From: Alphaproteobacteria bacterium
Lineage (GTDB): Bacteria > Pseudomonadota > Alphaproteobacteria > UBA828
Assembly: GCA_965220745.1 (NCBI GenBank)
Contig: CBDCQT010000013.1
Coordinates: 96,001 to 160,000, forward strand
Direction: 5' to 3'
DNA length: 64,000 nucleotides
Below the pieces are notes generated by a model that ran no database searches, was not told where the DNA came from, and was given only the letters and a program-made list of their open reading frames with translations. The position numbers and the translations under genes are program-made. This document shows, piece after piece, positions 49,118 through 58,219 of this stretch (the stretch's first letter is position 1; every line of letters begins with the position of its first letter).

Positions 49118-49252
49118 CGGCGATCGACAACACCCTGAGTGCAATTGCAGGCGGGGGCGACCAAGCCCGCTTGAGTGTGGGATATAACGGGATATATGAT
49201 TTAGCGTCGCCTCTGAAAACGACGGTTCATCAATAAGTTATCCGACTCTAGC

Positions 49253-49328
49253 TGGTAGCGGGGGAGGGACTCGAACCCCCGACCCATGGATTATGATTCC
49301 ACTGCTCTACCGACTGAGCTACCCCGCC
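49253..49328 (-). tRNA. tRNA-Met(CAT), probably elongator
   Basis: Reverse complement reads GGCGGGGTAGCTCAGTCGGTAGAGCAGTGGAATCATAATCCATGGGTCGGGGGTTCGAGTCCCTCCCCCGCTACCA. It lacks the initiator C1 mismatch and GGG/CCC anticodon stem. Confidence 0.95.
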
Positions 49329-49348
49329 CCAGGAGCCGGAAGCGCATC

Positions 49349-49378
49349 GCTATACGCGGCGCCCTCGCCGCCTGTCAA
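49349..49378 (-). promoter_or_regulatory. Putative sigma70 promoter of tRNA-Met
   Basis: Minus-strand TTGACA (49378-49373), 17-18 bp spacer, GTATAGC. Confidence 0.6.
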
Positions 49379-49585
49379 GCGCACCGCAGAGGGGGCGGCC
49401 TCGTCTAGCGGAACGGCGGCGAATAGAGGGCGCCGCGTCTGCTTTCGATCGAGTGCCCGGCAGTTGCCTCCAGGCCGGTCTCCCCATAACATCCTGCCGC
49501 CCGGCACACGGGGAGGCCGGGCCATGATCGAATCGGCGCGTCGTCGAGCCCGAGCGGCCCGGCGTGCGCCTCACTGCGTGGGAGA

Positions 49586-51634
49586 GTGGTGTTGACAGAT
49601 TATCTGGTCGGGATCGACGTCGGAGGCACGTTTACGGATTTCGTGAGCTACAATTCTGAGACCAGGGCGGTCGATGTTTGGAAGATCCTGTCGACGCCCC
49701 ACGACCCCAACGAAGGCATCCTGGGCGGGCTCGGGCGCTTCGAGGCGCCGTCGGACATCCGTAACATCAGGCTGGGGACGACGGTGGCGACCAACGCGAT
49801 CCTGGAGCGCAAGGGCGCGAAGGTTGCCTACGTGACCACGGAGGGCTTTCGCGACATCCCCTTCATCCAGCGGGGCAATCGACGCAGCCACTACGACATT
49901 ACCTGGATCAAGCCGAAGCCGCTGGTCAAGCGCCGCAACTGCTACGAGGTGAACGAGCGGATCATGTCCGACGGCACGGTACACGTGCCGCTCGACGAAG
50001 ACGGGGTCCGCGCCATCGCGCAGCAGATCAGGGAGGAGGGCTCCATCGAGGCCGTGGCCGTCAACTTCCTGTTCTCGTACGTGACGCCGGATCACGAACG
50101 GCGCGCCAAGGAGATTCTGGAAGAGGAGCTGCCGGATATCCCCATCTCCATCTCCTACGACGTGCTGCCGAAGTGGAAGGAGTACGAGCGCGCGTCCACC
50201 ACCATCGCGGACGCCTACGTCAAGCCGGTGGTCAACAGCCAGGTCGCGAACCTGCGCGAGCGCTTCAAGGGGAGCGGGGTGACCGACCAGGCCGTCGTCA
50301 TCAAGTCCAACGGCGGCGAGATGACCCTGGAGGCGGCGCAGCGGACGCCGATCCAGATGACCGTCTCCGGCCCGACGGGCGGGGTGATCGCGGGCAAGCA
50401 TGTCGCCAAGCTGAGCGGCATCAGCCACCTCGTCACCCTCGACATGGGCGGCACGTCGACCGACACGTCGACCATCGTGGGCGGGCAGGAGAACTTCACC
50501 ACCGACTACGAGGTGGAGTTCGGCGTCCCCATCCAGATCCCCATGATCGATATCCGCACCATCGGTGCAGGCGGCGGCTCCATCGCCTGGATCGACAAGG
50601 GCGGCATGCTGCGCGTGGGGCCCGAGAGCGCAGGCGCGAACCCCGGCCCCGCCTGCTACGGCACCGGCGGCGAGCGCCCGGCGGTGACCGACGCCAACCT
50701 GCTGCTCGGCCGCATCAACCCGGAAAACTTCCTGGGCGGCGAAATGGCCCTCGATGTGGCCGCGGCGGAGAAGGCGATCGCGACGGTTGCGGAGCCCTTG
50801 GGACGCACCGCCGAGGAGACCGCACTCGCCATCGTGCAGATCGCCAACAACAACATGGTGGGGGCGCTCCGCTCGGTGCTGATCGAGCGCGGTCTCGACC
50901 CGCGCGACTTCGCGCTCTTGGCCTTCGGCGGCGCGGGCCCGCTGCATTCGGCCGACCTGATGAACGACGCGGGCATCCCGTCGGGCGTCATCCCCAACTA
51001 CCCCGGCCAGTTCTCGGCCTTCGGCTTCATCCTCACCGATGCCCGCGTCGACGTGCAGCGCACGGTGCAGATGACCTCCAAGCGCTTTGACCAGGCGCGC
51101 GCATCGGAGGTGATGCACGCGCTGATCGAGACCGGCATCGCCGAGCTGAAGGCGCAGGGCTACGTCAAGAACATCGAGATCTACCGTTCGCTGGAGATGC
51201 GCTATCTCGGCCAGAACTACGAGCTGGAGATCCCGATCGCCTTCGAGTCCTTCACGGACGAGACCACGCCCAAGGTCTGGCAGGCGTTCCACGACATGCA
51301 CCTCGCGCGCTTCGGCTTCAACATTCCGCGCGAGGTGATCGAGGTCATCACGGTCAAGGCGACCGTGGTCTCGCTCACCGAGAAGCCCGATCTCGCCACC
51401 ATCGGCAAGGCCGACGGCGAGCCCGAGGTCGTCTCCACACGCTCGGTCGTGTTCGACGACGGGCGCCACGACACGCCGATCTACAACCGCGCCCAGCTGC
51501 GCGACGGCCACGCGATCACCGGGCCTGCGGTTATCGAGGAGCCGGTCTCGGTGACCGTCTTGCGCCCCGGCCAACCCATGAAGGTGGATCAGTACGGCAA
51601 TCTTCTGATCGGCCGCATCGCCGAGGAGTCCTGA
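49586..51634 (+). CDS. Hydantoinase A/5-oxoprolinase ATP-binding subunit
   Basis: GIDVGGTFTD, GTTVATNA, SGPTGG, DMGGTS, GAGGGSIA, AFGGAGPLH. Confidence 0.93.
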   Translation: MVLTDYLVGIDVGGTFTDFVSYNSETRAVDVWKILSTPHDPNEGILGGLGRFEAPSDIRNIRLGTTVATNAILERKGAKVAYVTTEGFRDIPFIQRGNRRSHYDITWIKPKPLVKRRNCYEVNERIMSDGTVHVPLDEDGVRAIAQQIREEGSIEAVAVNFLFSYVTPDHERRAKEILEEELPDIPISISYDVLPKWKEYERASTTIADAYVKPVVNSQVANLRERFKGSGVTDQAVVIKSNGGEMTLEAAQRTPIQMTVSGPTGGVIAGKHVAKLSGISHLVTLDMGGTSTDTSTIVGGQENFTTDYEVEFGVPIQIPMIDIRTIGAGGGSIAWIDKGGMLRVGPESAGANPGPACYGTGGERPAVTDANLLLGRINPENFLGGEMALDVAAAEKAIATVAEPLGRTAEETALAIVQIANNNMVGALRSVLIERGLDPRDFALLAFGGAGPLHSADLMNDAGIPSGVIPNYPGQFSAFGFILTDARVDVQRTVQMTSKRFDQARASEVMHALIETGIAELKAQGYVKNIEIYRSLEMRYLGQNYELEIPIAFESFTDETTPKVWQAFHDMHLARFGFNIPREVIEVITVKATVVSLTEKPDLATIGKADGEPEVVSTRSVVFDDGRHDTPIYNRAQLRDGHAITGPAVIEEPVSVTVLRPGQPMKVDQYGNLLIGRIAEES

Positions 51635-51636
51635 CC

Positions 51637-53364
51637 ATGACCCAGAAGCCCGACGTCGACATGGTCGCCATGTCGATCATCGACTCCACCATGACCGCGG
51701 TCTGCCGCGAGATGGGCATCGTCCTGATGAAGACGTCGTACTCGACGATCTTCAACGAGGCGCTGGACTTCACCTGCGCGCTCGCGAGCCCCGAAGGCGA
51801 GATGATCGCGCAGGCCGAATACTGCCCGTCGATGATCGGCGGCGTGCCCCTGCTGGTGCGAAGCTGCGTCAAGGAGATCCCGCTGGAGACCCTCGAGCCC
51901 GGCGACGTGATCTGCCACAACGACCCCTACCGCGGCGGCCTGCACTGCCCCGAGCACACGCTGATCAAGCCGGTCTTCGTCGATGACGAGCTCATGGGCT
52001 TCGCCATGACCATCGGGCATCTGCAGGAGATTGGCGGCATGGTGCCTGGCGCCTTCGCCGGCGAGGCGACCGAGATCTTCCACGAAGGCATCCGCGTGCC
52101 CCCGGTCAAGATCAAAAGCCGCGGCGAGGACGTGGAGGAGGTGTGGAAGCTGCTGCTCGCGAACGTCCGCACCCCCCGCTACAACTACGGCGACCTGCGC
52201 GCCCTGATCGCGGGCGTGGACGTGGGCGAGCGCGGGCTCGCCAAGCTCATCCGCAAGTACGGCAAGGACAACTTCCGCCGCAACGTGCTTGACCTGATGG
52301 ACTACTCCGAGAGCCGCATGCGCGCGGAGATCGGCGCCATCGAGGACGGCGTCTACCGCTTCCAGGACCAGGTCGAGGACGACGGCATCGAGAGCAGGCC
52401 CTACACCATCAAAGTGGCCGTCCACGTCCAGGGCGGGGAGGTGGTGATCGACTACTCCGGCACCTCGCCGCAGGCGCTGGGCCCGATCAACGCCACCCTC
52501 GGCGTCTCCTACTCCGCCGCCTACAACGGCATCCTGCAGGTCACCGACGAGACCATCCCCAAGAACTCGGGCTGCTTCCGTCCGATCCGCGTGGTCTCGC
52601 CGCCCGGCACCTTGCTCAACGTGGACTATCCGGGGCCGGAGGTCGGCGGCAACACCGAGACCCACTGCAAGATCGCGGGCGCGGTGATCGGCGCGCTGGC
52701 GCCGGCGTTGCCGGATCGCACCATGGCGGCGGAAGGCGCGACGCACACCAACTTCGTCTTCGGCGGCACCGACGAGGAGACCGGCGAGGCGTTCGTCTGC
52801 TACGCCATCGAGCTCTCGGGCTGGGGCGGGCGCAGCTTCGCCGACGGCAACGACGCCACCGATTCGATCAACGGCAACTGCCGGGTGGTGCCGGTGGAGG
52901 TGTTCGAGACCCGCTTCCCGTTCCGCACCGAGTCCTACATCCTGGTGCAGGATTCCGGCGGCGCCGGCCTGAATCGCGGCGGGCTCAGCACCCAGCGTAC
53001 GCTCAAGAGCCTGGATACCGAGATCATGGGCAGCCAGATGTCCGACCGCCACCGCAACCGGCCCTGGGGGCTGCACGGCGGCCAGCCCGGCGGCCTCGCC
53101 GGCACCTGGCACCAGTCCGCGAACACGACCAGCTGGCACATGATCGACGAGGCCTTCGGCAAGGCCAGCCCCAGCAAGTGGAGCAACGTGCGCATCCGGC
53201 CGGGCGATTCGATCCGGTTCCAGACTCCGGGCGGCGGCGGCTGGGGCGATCCGCGCGAGCGCTCGCGCGAGCAGGTGATCGAGGATCTGGCCGAAGGCTA
53301 CATCTCGCCTGCCTCGGCGCGGGAGCACTACGGCCTGGACGGCGCGGCCGAAGCGGCGGAGTAG
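51637..53364 (+). CDS. Hydantoinase B/5-oxoprolinase subunit
   Basis: NDPYRGGLH, GGMVPG, DSGGAG, TPGGGGWGDP. Confidence 0.93.
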   Translation: MTQKPDVDMVAMSIIDSTMTAVCREMGIVLMKTSYSTIFNEALDFTCALASPEGEMIAQAEYCPSMIGGVPLLVRSCVKEIPLETLEPGDVICHNDPYRGGLHCPEHTLIKPVFVDDELMGFAMTIGHLQEIGGMVPGAFAGEATEIFHEGIRVPPVKIKSRGEDVEEVWKLLLANVRTPRYNYGDLRALIAGVDVGERGLAKLIRKYGKDNFRRNVLDLMDYSESRMRAEIGAIEDGVYRFQDQVEDDGIESRPYTIKVAVHVQGGEVVIDYSGTSPQALGPINATLGVSYSAAYNGILQVTDETIPKNSGCFRPIRVVSPPGTLLNVDYPGPEVGGNTETHCKIAGAVIGALAPALPDRTMAAEGATHTNFVFGGTDEETGEAFVCYAIELSGWGGRSFADGNDATDSINGNCRVVPVEVFETRFPFRTESYILVQDSGGAGLNRGGLSTQRTLKSLDTEIMGSQMSDRHRNRPWGLHGGQPGGLAGTWHQSANTTSWHMIDEAFGKASPSKWSNVRIRPGDSIRFQTPGGGGWGDPRERSREQVIEDLAEGYISPASAREHYGLDGAAEAAE

Positions 53365-53406
53365 GGGCGCCGACCCCCTCTTCACCCCGGCCCTCTCCTC
53401 CACCTC

Positions 53407-53458
53407 TTCATTTCCCTCAGGCGCCGGGCGCTCGCTTGGCTACCGCGCCTTGCGGCAC
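53407..53458 (+). repeat. Dispersed structured element, copy B (short), inside a palindrome
   Basis: TTCATTTCCCTCAGGCGCCGGGCGCTCGCTTGGCTAC..., flanked by inverted arms CTCCTCCACCTC (53395-53406) and GAGGGGGAGGAG (53459-53470). Confidence 0.8.
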
Positions 53459-53496
53459 GAGGGGGAGGAGTAGGGAGAGAGGGCTGGTGCCGCCTG

Positions 53497-53542
53497 CGTC
53501 CCCTCTCCGCCCTTTGGGGGGAGAGGGACAGGGAGAGGTGGG
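53497..53542 (+). repeat. REP-like palindrome
   Basis: CGTCCCCTCTCCGCCCTTTGGGGGGAGAGGGACAGGGAGAGGTGGG, a near copy of 17298-17344. Confidence 0.8.
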
Positions 53543-53601
53543 TATTTCAGTCTGCCGAGATCCGCGAGGTTGGATCGCGGGTCGGCTTTGGACAGCGGGA
53601 C

Positions 53602-54861
53602 TTACTCTTTGCTGCGCTCCGCAACGAGGGCGTCGAGCCTCTCGAGCAGGGCCGCGCGGTCGGGCGTGAAGTCACGCTCGATCCACCAGTCCTCGACCGC
53701 GCGGAGCAGTTGGCCGACCTCCGGCCCTTCCTCGACACCGCGTTCAATCACGTCCGCGCCGCGTAGCAGGAACTCCGGTGCCTCCCACGTATCGGCGATC
53801 TCCAGCATCGCACGCAAGAGTGAGTCCTTCGCATCAAGGTTCTCCTCGGCCCAAACGACGAGCACCAAATCCCGGAAGCGCTCACGTCCCAACCGATGGA
53901 GGAGTCGGCGCTGGACTCGGCGGTCAATGCGAGGGTTGATCGGGTTTGGCCCTACAACGAGCGCGACAAGTCGTTCGGCCTGAATTCGCGGCAGTTGCCA
54001 GCGATCGGCAAAGGCCCTTACGGCGGTGGCGGTCTTCTCTGTGCCGCTATCGGCGATCAAAGCGGCGAGTCGCCGGATCGGGTCGAGAGCGGAGTAAAAT
54101 CGCTCGAGGCCGATGAGGCGGGTGAAAGCCTCTGGTTGCCGTGCCAACGGCAACAGTTGGTCGAGAACGCCAGTGTTGAGCATGGCGGAGATCGCCGGTA
54201 CGGGATCATCTGATGCCAGCAGCTTCAGCATCTCGCCCTGAATTCGTTCGTACGATAGCAGCGTGATCGTGTCTGATGCCGCTTCGCAAGCCACAAGCGC
54301 CGCTACGTCCGGCGCGCCCTGCCCGTACCAAGCATGGAAGCGGAAGAAGCGGAGGATGCGCAGGTGGTCCTCGGCGATGCGCGTCGCGGGGTCGCCGACG
54401 AAGCGCACACGGCCGGCCTTCAGGTCCGCCTGCCCGCTGAAATAGTCGTAGAGCGTGCCGTCGGGCGCGGCGCTCATGGCATTGATGGTGAAGTCGCGGC
54501 GCGCCGCGTCTTCCCGCCAGTCGTCGGTGAAGGCGACCTCGGCGTGGCGGCCGTCGGTCCGCTCGTCGCGCCTGAGCGTCGTGATCTCGTAGCGCTCGCT
54601 GCCGGCAAGCGCCGTAACGGTGCCGTGCGCGATGCCGCGCGGGACGGTGCGGGTCTCGATGCCCGCGTCACCCAGCAGCGCCATCACCCGCTGGGGCGGG
54701 TCGGGCGTGCCGATGTCGATATCGTCGCTCTCGCGCTCCAGCAGCGCGTCGCGGACGCAGCCGCCGACGAAGCGGACATCGGCGCCATCGGCAGTGAGCG
54801 CGTCGATCACGGCGCGGGTCGCTGGCGCCGTGATCCAGGGAGCGTGGACGGTGTTCTCCAC
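53602..54861 (-). CDS. cca: CCA tRNA nucleotidyltransferase
   Basis: FVGGCVRD, DIDIGT, EITTLRRD, RRDFTINA, EDHLRILRFFRF. Start is uncertain (GTG 54861). Confidence 0.9.
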   Translation of the reverse strand: MENTVHAPWITAPATRAVIDALTADGADVRFVGGCVRDALLERESDDIDIGTPDPPQRVMALLGDAGIETRTVPRGIAHGTVTALAGSERYEITTLRRDERTDGRHAEVAFTDDWREDAARRDFTINAMSAAPDGTLYDYFSGQADLKAGRVRFVGDPATRIAEDHLRILRFFRFHAWYGQGAPDVAALVACEAASDTITLLSYERIQGEMLKLLASDDPVPAISAMLNTGVLDQLLPLARQPEAFTRLIGLERFYSALDPIRRLAALIADSGTEKTATAVRAFADRWQLPRIQAERLVALVVGPNPINPRIDRRVQRRLLHRLGRERFRDLVLVVWAEENLDAKDSLLRAMLEIADTWEAPEFLLRGADVIERGVEEGPEVGQLLRAVEDWWIERDFTPDRAALLERLDALVAERSKE

Positions 54862-54872
54862 CGAACGCGTGC

Positions 54873-55151
54873 TCAGTCGATGACCTCGCCGGGCACGATC
54901 TCGCCGTCTACGATGCGCGCCGGCACGTAGGTGCCCTCGGGGTCCCCACCGGCGGTCATCGCCCATACCACCAGGCTCGCCGCTGCCAGTATCAGACCGC
55001 TGCCCAGGAGCCTGACCCACGGCATCTTGCGCAGCTGCGCCGCCACATGGCTGCGGCTCAGCTGAACCCGGCGCGACAGGATGAGGAACGCGAAGTAGAG
55101 GATCGTCGGCGCGAGCAGGATCAGGATATGGATCAGGGTGGTTCTCAACAT
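54873..55151 (-). CDS. Small membrane protein (DUF6111-like)
   Basis: Two hydrophobic segments and terminal YVPARIVDGEIVPG. Lies between the nudix gene and cca. Confidence 0.7.
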   Translation of the reverse strand: MLRTTLIHILILLAPTILYFAFLILSRRVQLSRSHVAAQLRKMPWVRLLGSGLILAAASLVVWAMTAGGDPEGTYVPARIVDGEIVPGEVID

Positions 55152-55807
55152 GATGCGCGCACCACATCCCGGAAGTTGACGAGGATCGCCGCCGTAGCGC
55201 CCCAGATATGATACGCCTCGTAGGGCATCACGTAAAAACGGCGCTCGACGCCGCCGACGGTCATCTTGTCGCGCCGGTAGTTGCTGGGCTCCAGCACGAA
55301 GGGCAGCGGCACCTCGAAGACCTCGGCGACCTCGCGGGTATCCGCCTCGAAGGCGGGCGGCGCCACGACGAAACCGACGACAGGGGTGATGCGATAGCCG
55401 GTGCCCACCAGATAGTCGTCGAGCCGGCCGACGATCTCGACCTGCGATGCGGGCAGGCCGATTTCCTCCTCGGCCTCCCGGAGCGCCGTTCTCTGCGGGG
55501 TCCCGTCTTCGGGGTCGGCGCGGCCGCCGGGGAAGCTGATCTGGCCGGCGTGGCGCGCGAGGCGCTCAGCCCGGCGCGTGAGCAGCACCGAGAATACGCC
55601 CGCGCGTTCGATGACGGCGACGAGCACGGCGGCAGGCGTAATCGGCTCCGATGCTGGCAGGCGGCCCCAGGACTCTTCGCTGTGACGGAGCGAGCCCGGC
55701 ACGCGGGCGGAGGGCTCCCGCTCCGCTGCGGCGATGACCGCCTCCCAGGGCTGATCCGGCGCGCCCGGAGCCCGCTGCGCCACGGCGCGCAGAATGTCGG
55801 CTTGCAT
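55145..55807 (-). CDS. CoA pyrophosphatase (Nudix, NudL-like)
   Basis: AAVLV, LLTRR...HAGQISFPGG, ALREAEEEIG Nudix box, IWGATA. Confidence 0.9.
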   Translation of the reverse strand: MQADILRAVAQRAPGAPDQPWEAVIAAAEREPSARVPGSLRHSEESWGRLPASEPITPAAVLVAVIERAGVFSVLLTRRAERLARHAGQISFPGGRADPEDGTPQRTALREAEEEIGLPASQVEIVGRLDDYLVGTGYRITPVVGFVVAPPAFEADTREVAEVFEVPLPFVLEPSNYRRDKMTVGGVERRFYVMPYEAYHIWGATAAILVNFRDVVRASC

Positions 55808-55827
55808 CGACGGGGCTCGTTTGGCGT

Positions 55828-56346
55828 TCAGGCTGCGTCGTCGAAGGGGAAGAACACGCCGTCGCTCCAGACGCCGAGCACCGGCCGGCCTTCGATCTCC
55901 CGCTCGACACAGAGCTCCACCAACGGATAGTAGGCGGCGCGCGCCACCCGTGCCTCCAGGCCATCGCGCACGGTGAGGTAGGGCGCCTTCTCGTTGGACC
56001 CCGGCAAGGGGCGGAAGGAGAGGGGGTGCGCGGCGTCGGCGCTCACCCACTCGTCCAGGTTGGTGCGGAAGCGCAGGCGCTGGCCTTCGCCGTCGCCTTC
56101 GGCGTCCATCTCGACAGCGATGAAGGGCACGTCGTTGACCGCGATACGCGCCTTCTCCACCGGCGTGACGAGCCAGTAGTCGCCGTCCTCGCGCCTCAGC
56201 ACGCTTGCGAAGAGCTTGACCAAGGGCAGCCGGCCGATGGGGCAGCCTTCGTGAAACCACGTGCCGTCGCCCGCAATCCTGATGTCGATGTCGCCGCAAA
56301 AGAGCTGCGGCGGCCGCCCGGCGGCCGGTGCCTGCGATTCGCCCAT
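55828..56346 (-). CDS. DUF1285 family protein
   Basis: CGDIDIRIAGDGTWFH, LVKLFASVLR, LVTPVEK, FRTN, PYLTVRDGLEA. Confidence 0.85.
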   Translation of the reverse strand: MGESQAPAAGRPPQLFCGDIDIRIAGDGTWFHEGCPIGRLPLVKLFASVLRREDGDYWLVTPVEKARIAVNDVPFIAVEMDAEGDGEGQRLRFRTNLDEWVSADAAHPLSFRPLPGSNEKAPYLTVRDGLEARVARAAYYPLVELCVEREIEGRPVLGVWSDGVFFPFDDAA

Positions 56347-56521
56347 GCGCGCACTATAGCCGAGCGAAGGGGTTGCGGGGTCATATCCGATGATCGCCCT
56401 GCCGCATTCGGCAAGTAGCTCGGAAGCAACCCCCTCCTCACCCCAAACGTCTATATGGACGCCTCCCACCGCTGATGCTGTCGCTCGGGAGGGTTGAGGT
56501 GGGGGCTACGAAGCCTACAGT

Positions 56522-56582
56522 CTCAATCGTTGAAGGGGACATGGGCGACGCCCTCGTCGACCTTGATGCGGGGCACGGCGCA
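56522..56582 (-). repeat. Displaced duplicate of the 3' end of the CMD-family gene
   Basis: 54/61 identical to 59201-59261. Reads CAVPRIKVDEGVAHVPFND* versus CAVLGIEVDESVAHVPFND*. Confidence 0.9.
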
Positions 56583-56590
56583 ACCCAGCA

Positions 56591-56634
56591 TAAAACGCGC
56601 AGGGCAGGGCGCGTCAGGGCACCCCGCCCTGCGC
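56591..56634 (-). terminator. Intrinsic terminator after the solute-binding protein gene
   Basis: GCGCAGGGC...GCCCTGCGC stem followed on the minus strand by GTTTTA, 8 bp after the stop codon. Confidence 0.65.
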
Positions 56635-56642
56635 AAGGGAGG

Positions 56643-57761
56643 CTACTTCGCGAGCCAGGTGTTGAACACCTCGTCGAGCTCTGCCCGGTGATCAGCCCAC
56701 CAGACGTAGTCGAAGTCGAAAATAGTCGCGGCGTTGTTTGGATCGGTCGGCATATGGGGCTTCATGTCGATGCCGAGATCGGCATGGTTGCCCACGAGCG
56801 GCGCCGACGAGTAGCGGGCCGGACCGTAGGAAATGAACTTCGCCTGGTCCGCCAGACGCTGCGTATCCGTGGCAAAGTGGAGATACGCCTTCACCGCATC
56901 GAGATCCTTGACGCCGACCGGCACGACCCAGCCGTCGAGATCGAAAATCTGCCGATCCCACATCATGGCGATGGGCTGGTTCTTCTCCGCGATGGCCGAG
57001 AAGAGGCGGCCGTTGTACGCCGAGGCAATGACGACCTCGCCGTCCGCCAGAAGCTGCGGCGGCTGCGCTCCCTTGGTCCACCACACCACCTGATCCTTGA
57101 TGGTATCGAGCTTTGCCAAGGCACGGCTCACGCCCTCGGACGTGCTGAGCATGCCATAGACATCTGCAGGTGCCACGCCATCGGCGAGCAGCGCCCATTC
57201 GAGATTGTTGATGGGCCGCCTCTCCAGCGAGCGCTTGCCGGGGAATTTCTCCAGATCGAACACGTCCGCGATCGAGGACGGCTGCTCACCCTCGAAGACA
57301 TCGGTGCGATAACCGAAGGTCGTGGAATAGACGATCTGCGGGATGAAGCAGTTGGTGCCACCCGGCGACAGCGTGCCGGCGAAGAAGTCTTCCGACGCAG
57401 GGGTCCCGTCCGGCGCGGGCGCCAGCCACGTGTCGGGATCGATTTCCATGATCAACCCCTCATCGCACGCGGTAATCGCATCGGCTGCGACCATGTCGAC
57501 GATGTCCCAAGTGACGTTGTTCGACTCCACCTGTGCCCGAACCTTTGCCAGCCCTTCGGCGGCGTTGTCGTCATTGATGATGTTGATGTCGGGGTTCGCC
57601 GCCATGTAGGGGTCGTGATAGGCCTTCTGCTGGCTCGCCGTATAGGCGCCGCCCCACGACACGATCGTGAGGTCGAGCGCCTGGGCACTGCCGGCCGCCA
57701 ACGCAACGCCGGCGGCAACGATCGTGGAACCCATCAACAAACTCACTGCCTTTAGTCTCAT
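56643..57761 (-). CDS. Polyamine/opine-type ABC substrate-binding protein (PotD/PotF-like), orphan
   Basis: Signal peptide, LTIVSWGGAY, WDIVD, KFPGKRSL, ALLADGV, AYNGR. AAGGAGG ribosome-binding site. Confidence 0.88.
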   Translation of the reverse strand: MRLKAVSLLMGSTIVAAGVALAAGSAQALDLTIVSWGGAYTASQQKAYHDPYMAANPDINIINDDNAAEGLAKVRAQVESNNVTWDIVDMVAADAITACDEGLIMEIDPDTWLAPAPDGTPASEDFFAGTLSPGGTNCFIPQIVYSTTFGYRTDVFEGEQPSSIADVFDLEKFPGKRSLERRPINNLEWALLADGVAPADVYGMLSTSEGVSRALAKLDTIKDQVVWWTKGAQPPQLLADGEVVIASAYNGRLFSAIAEKNQPIAMMWDRQIFDLDGWVVPVGVKDLDAVKAYLHFATDTQRLADQAKFISYGPARYSSAPLVGNHADLGIDMKPHMPTDPNNAATIFDFDYVWWADHRAELDEVFNTWLAK

Positions 57762-58219
57762 TGCTTTTCCTCCTTCGCTTGAGGGTGGGATCGACCGGCC
57801 GATGCTCGACGACCGCGCCGCCCATTGCATTTTCAAACGGTTCTAATACTATATTGTCTACTCTATCACATAAAATACTATTGTGTCGCAGTTCAAACGC
57901 AGTTTCTTGCAAAATGTTGGACCCGTCGGGCGCCAGGCACATCATCGTCGAAGCGCCCGGCCGGCCGGCCGGTGGATGGCCGCGTCGAGATACGCTAGGC
58001 TCCGCGCCGATGCGTCCTATACGACTTGAGGCGAATGACGTGATCACCAACCTCGCCGAGAGTTGCCGAATGACGTCCACAAGGGTGACGTCCGGGCGTC
58101 CCCCGACTGGTTCGCCGAGTTTGCCGTGCCATCGCCCGATTTGTCGATCTCGTGGCTGTGGATCGTATTGCCCCCATTGGGCAGGTCGATAGCGACCGAC
58201 TCGGGCAGACGCAGGCCTC

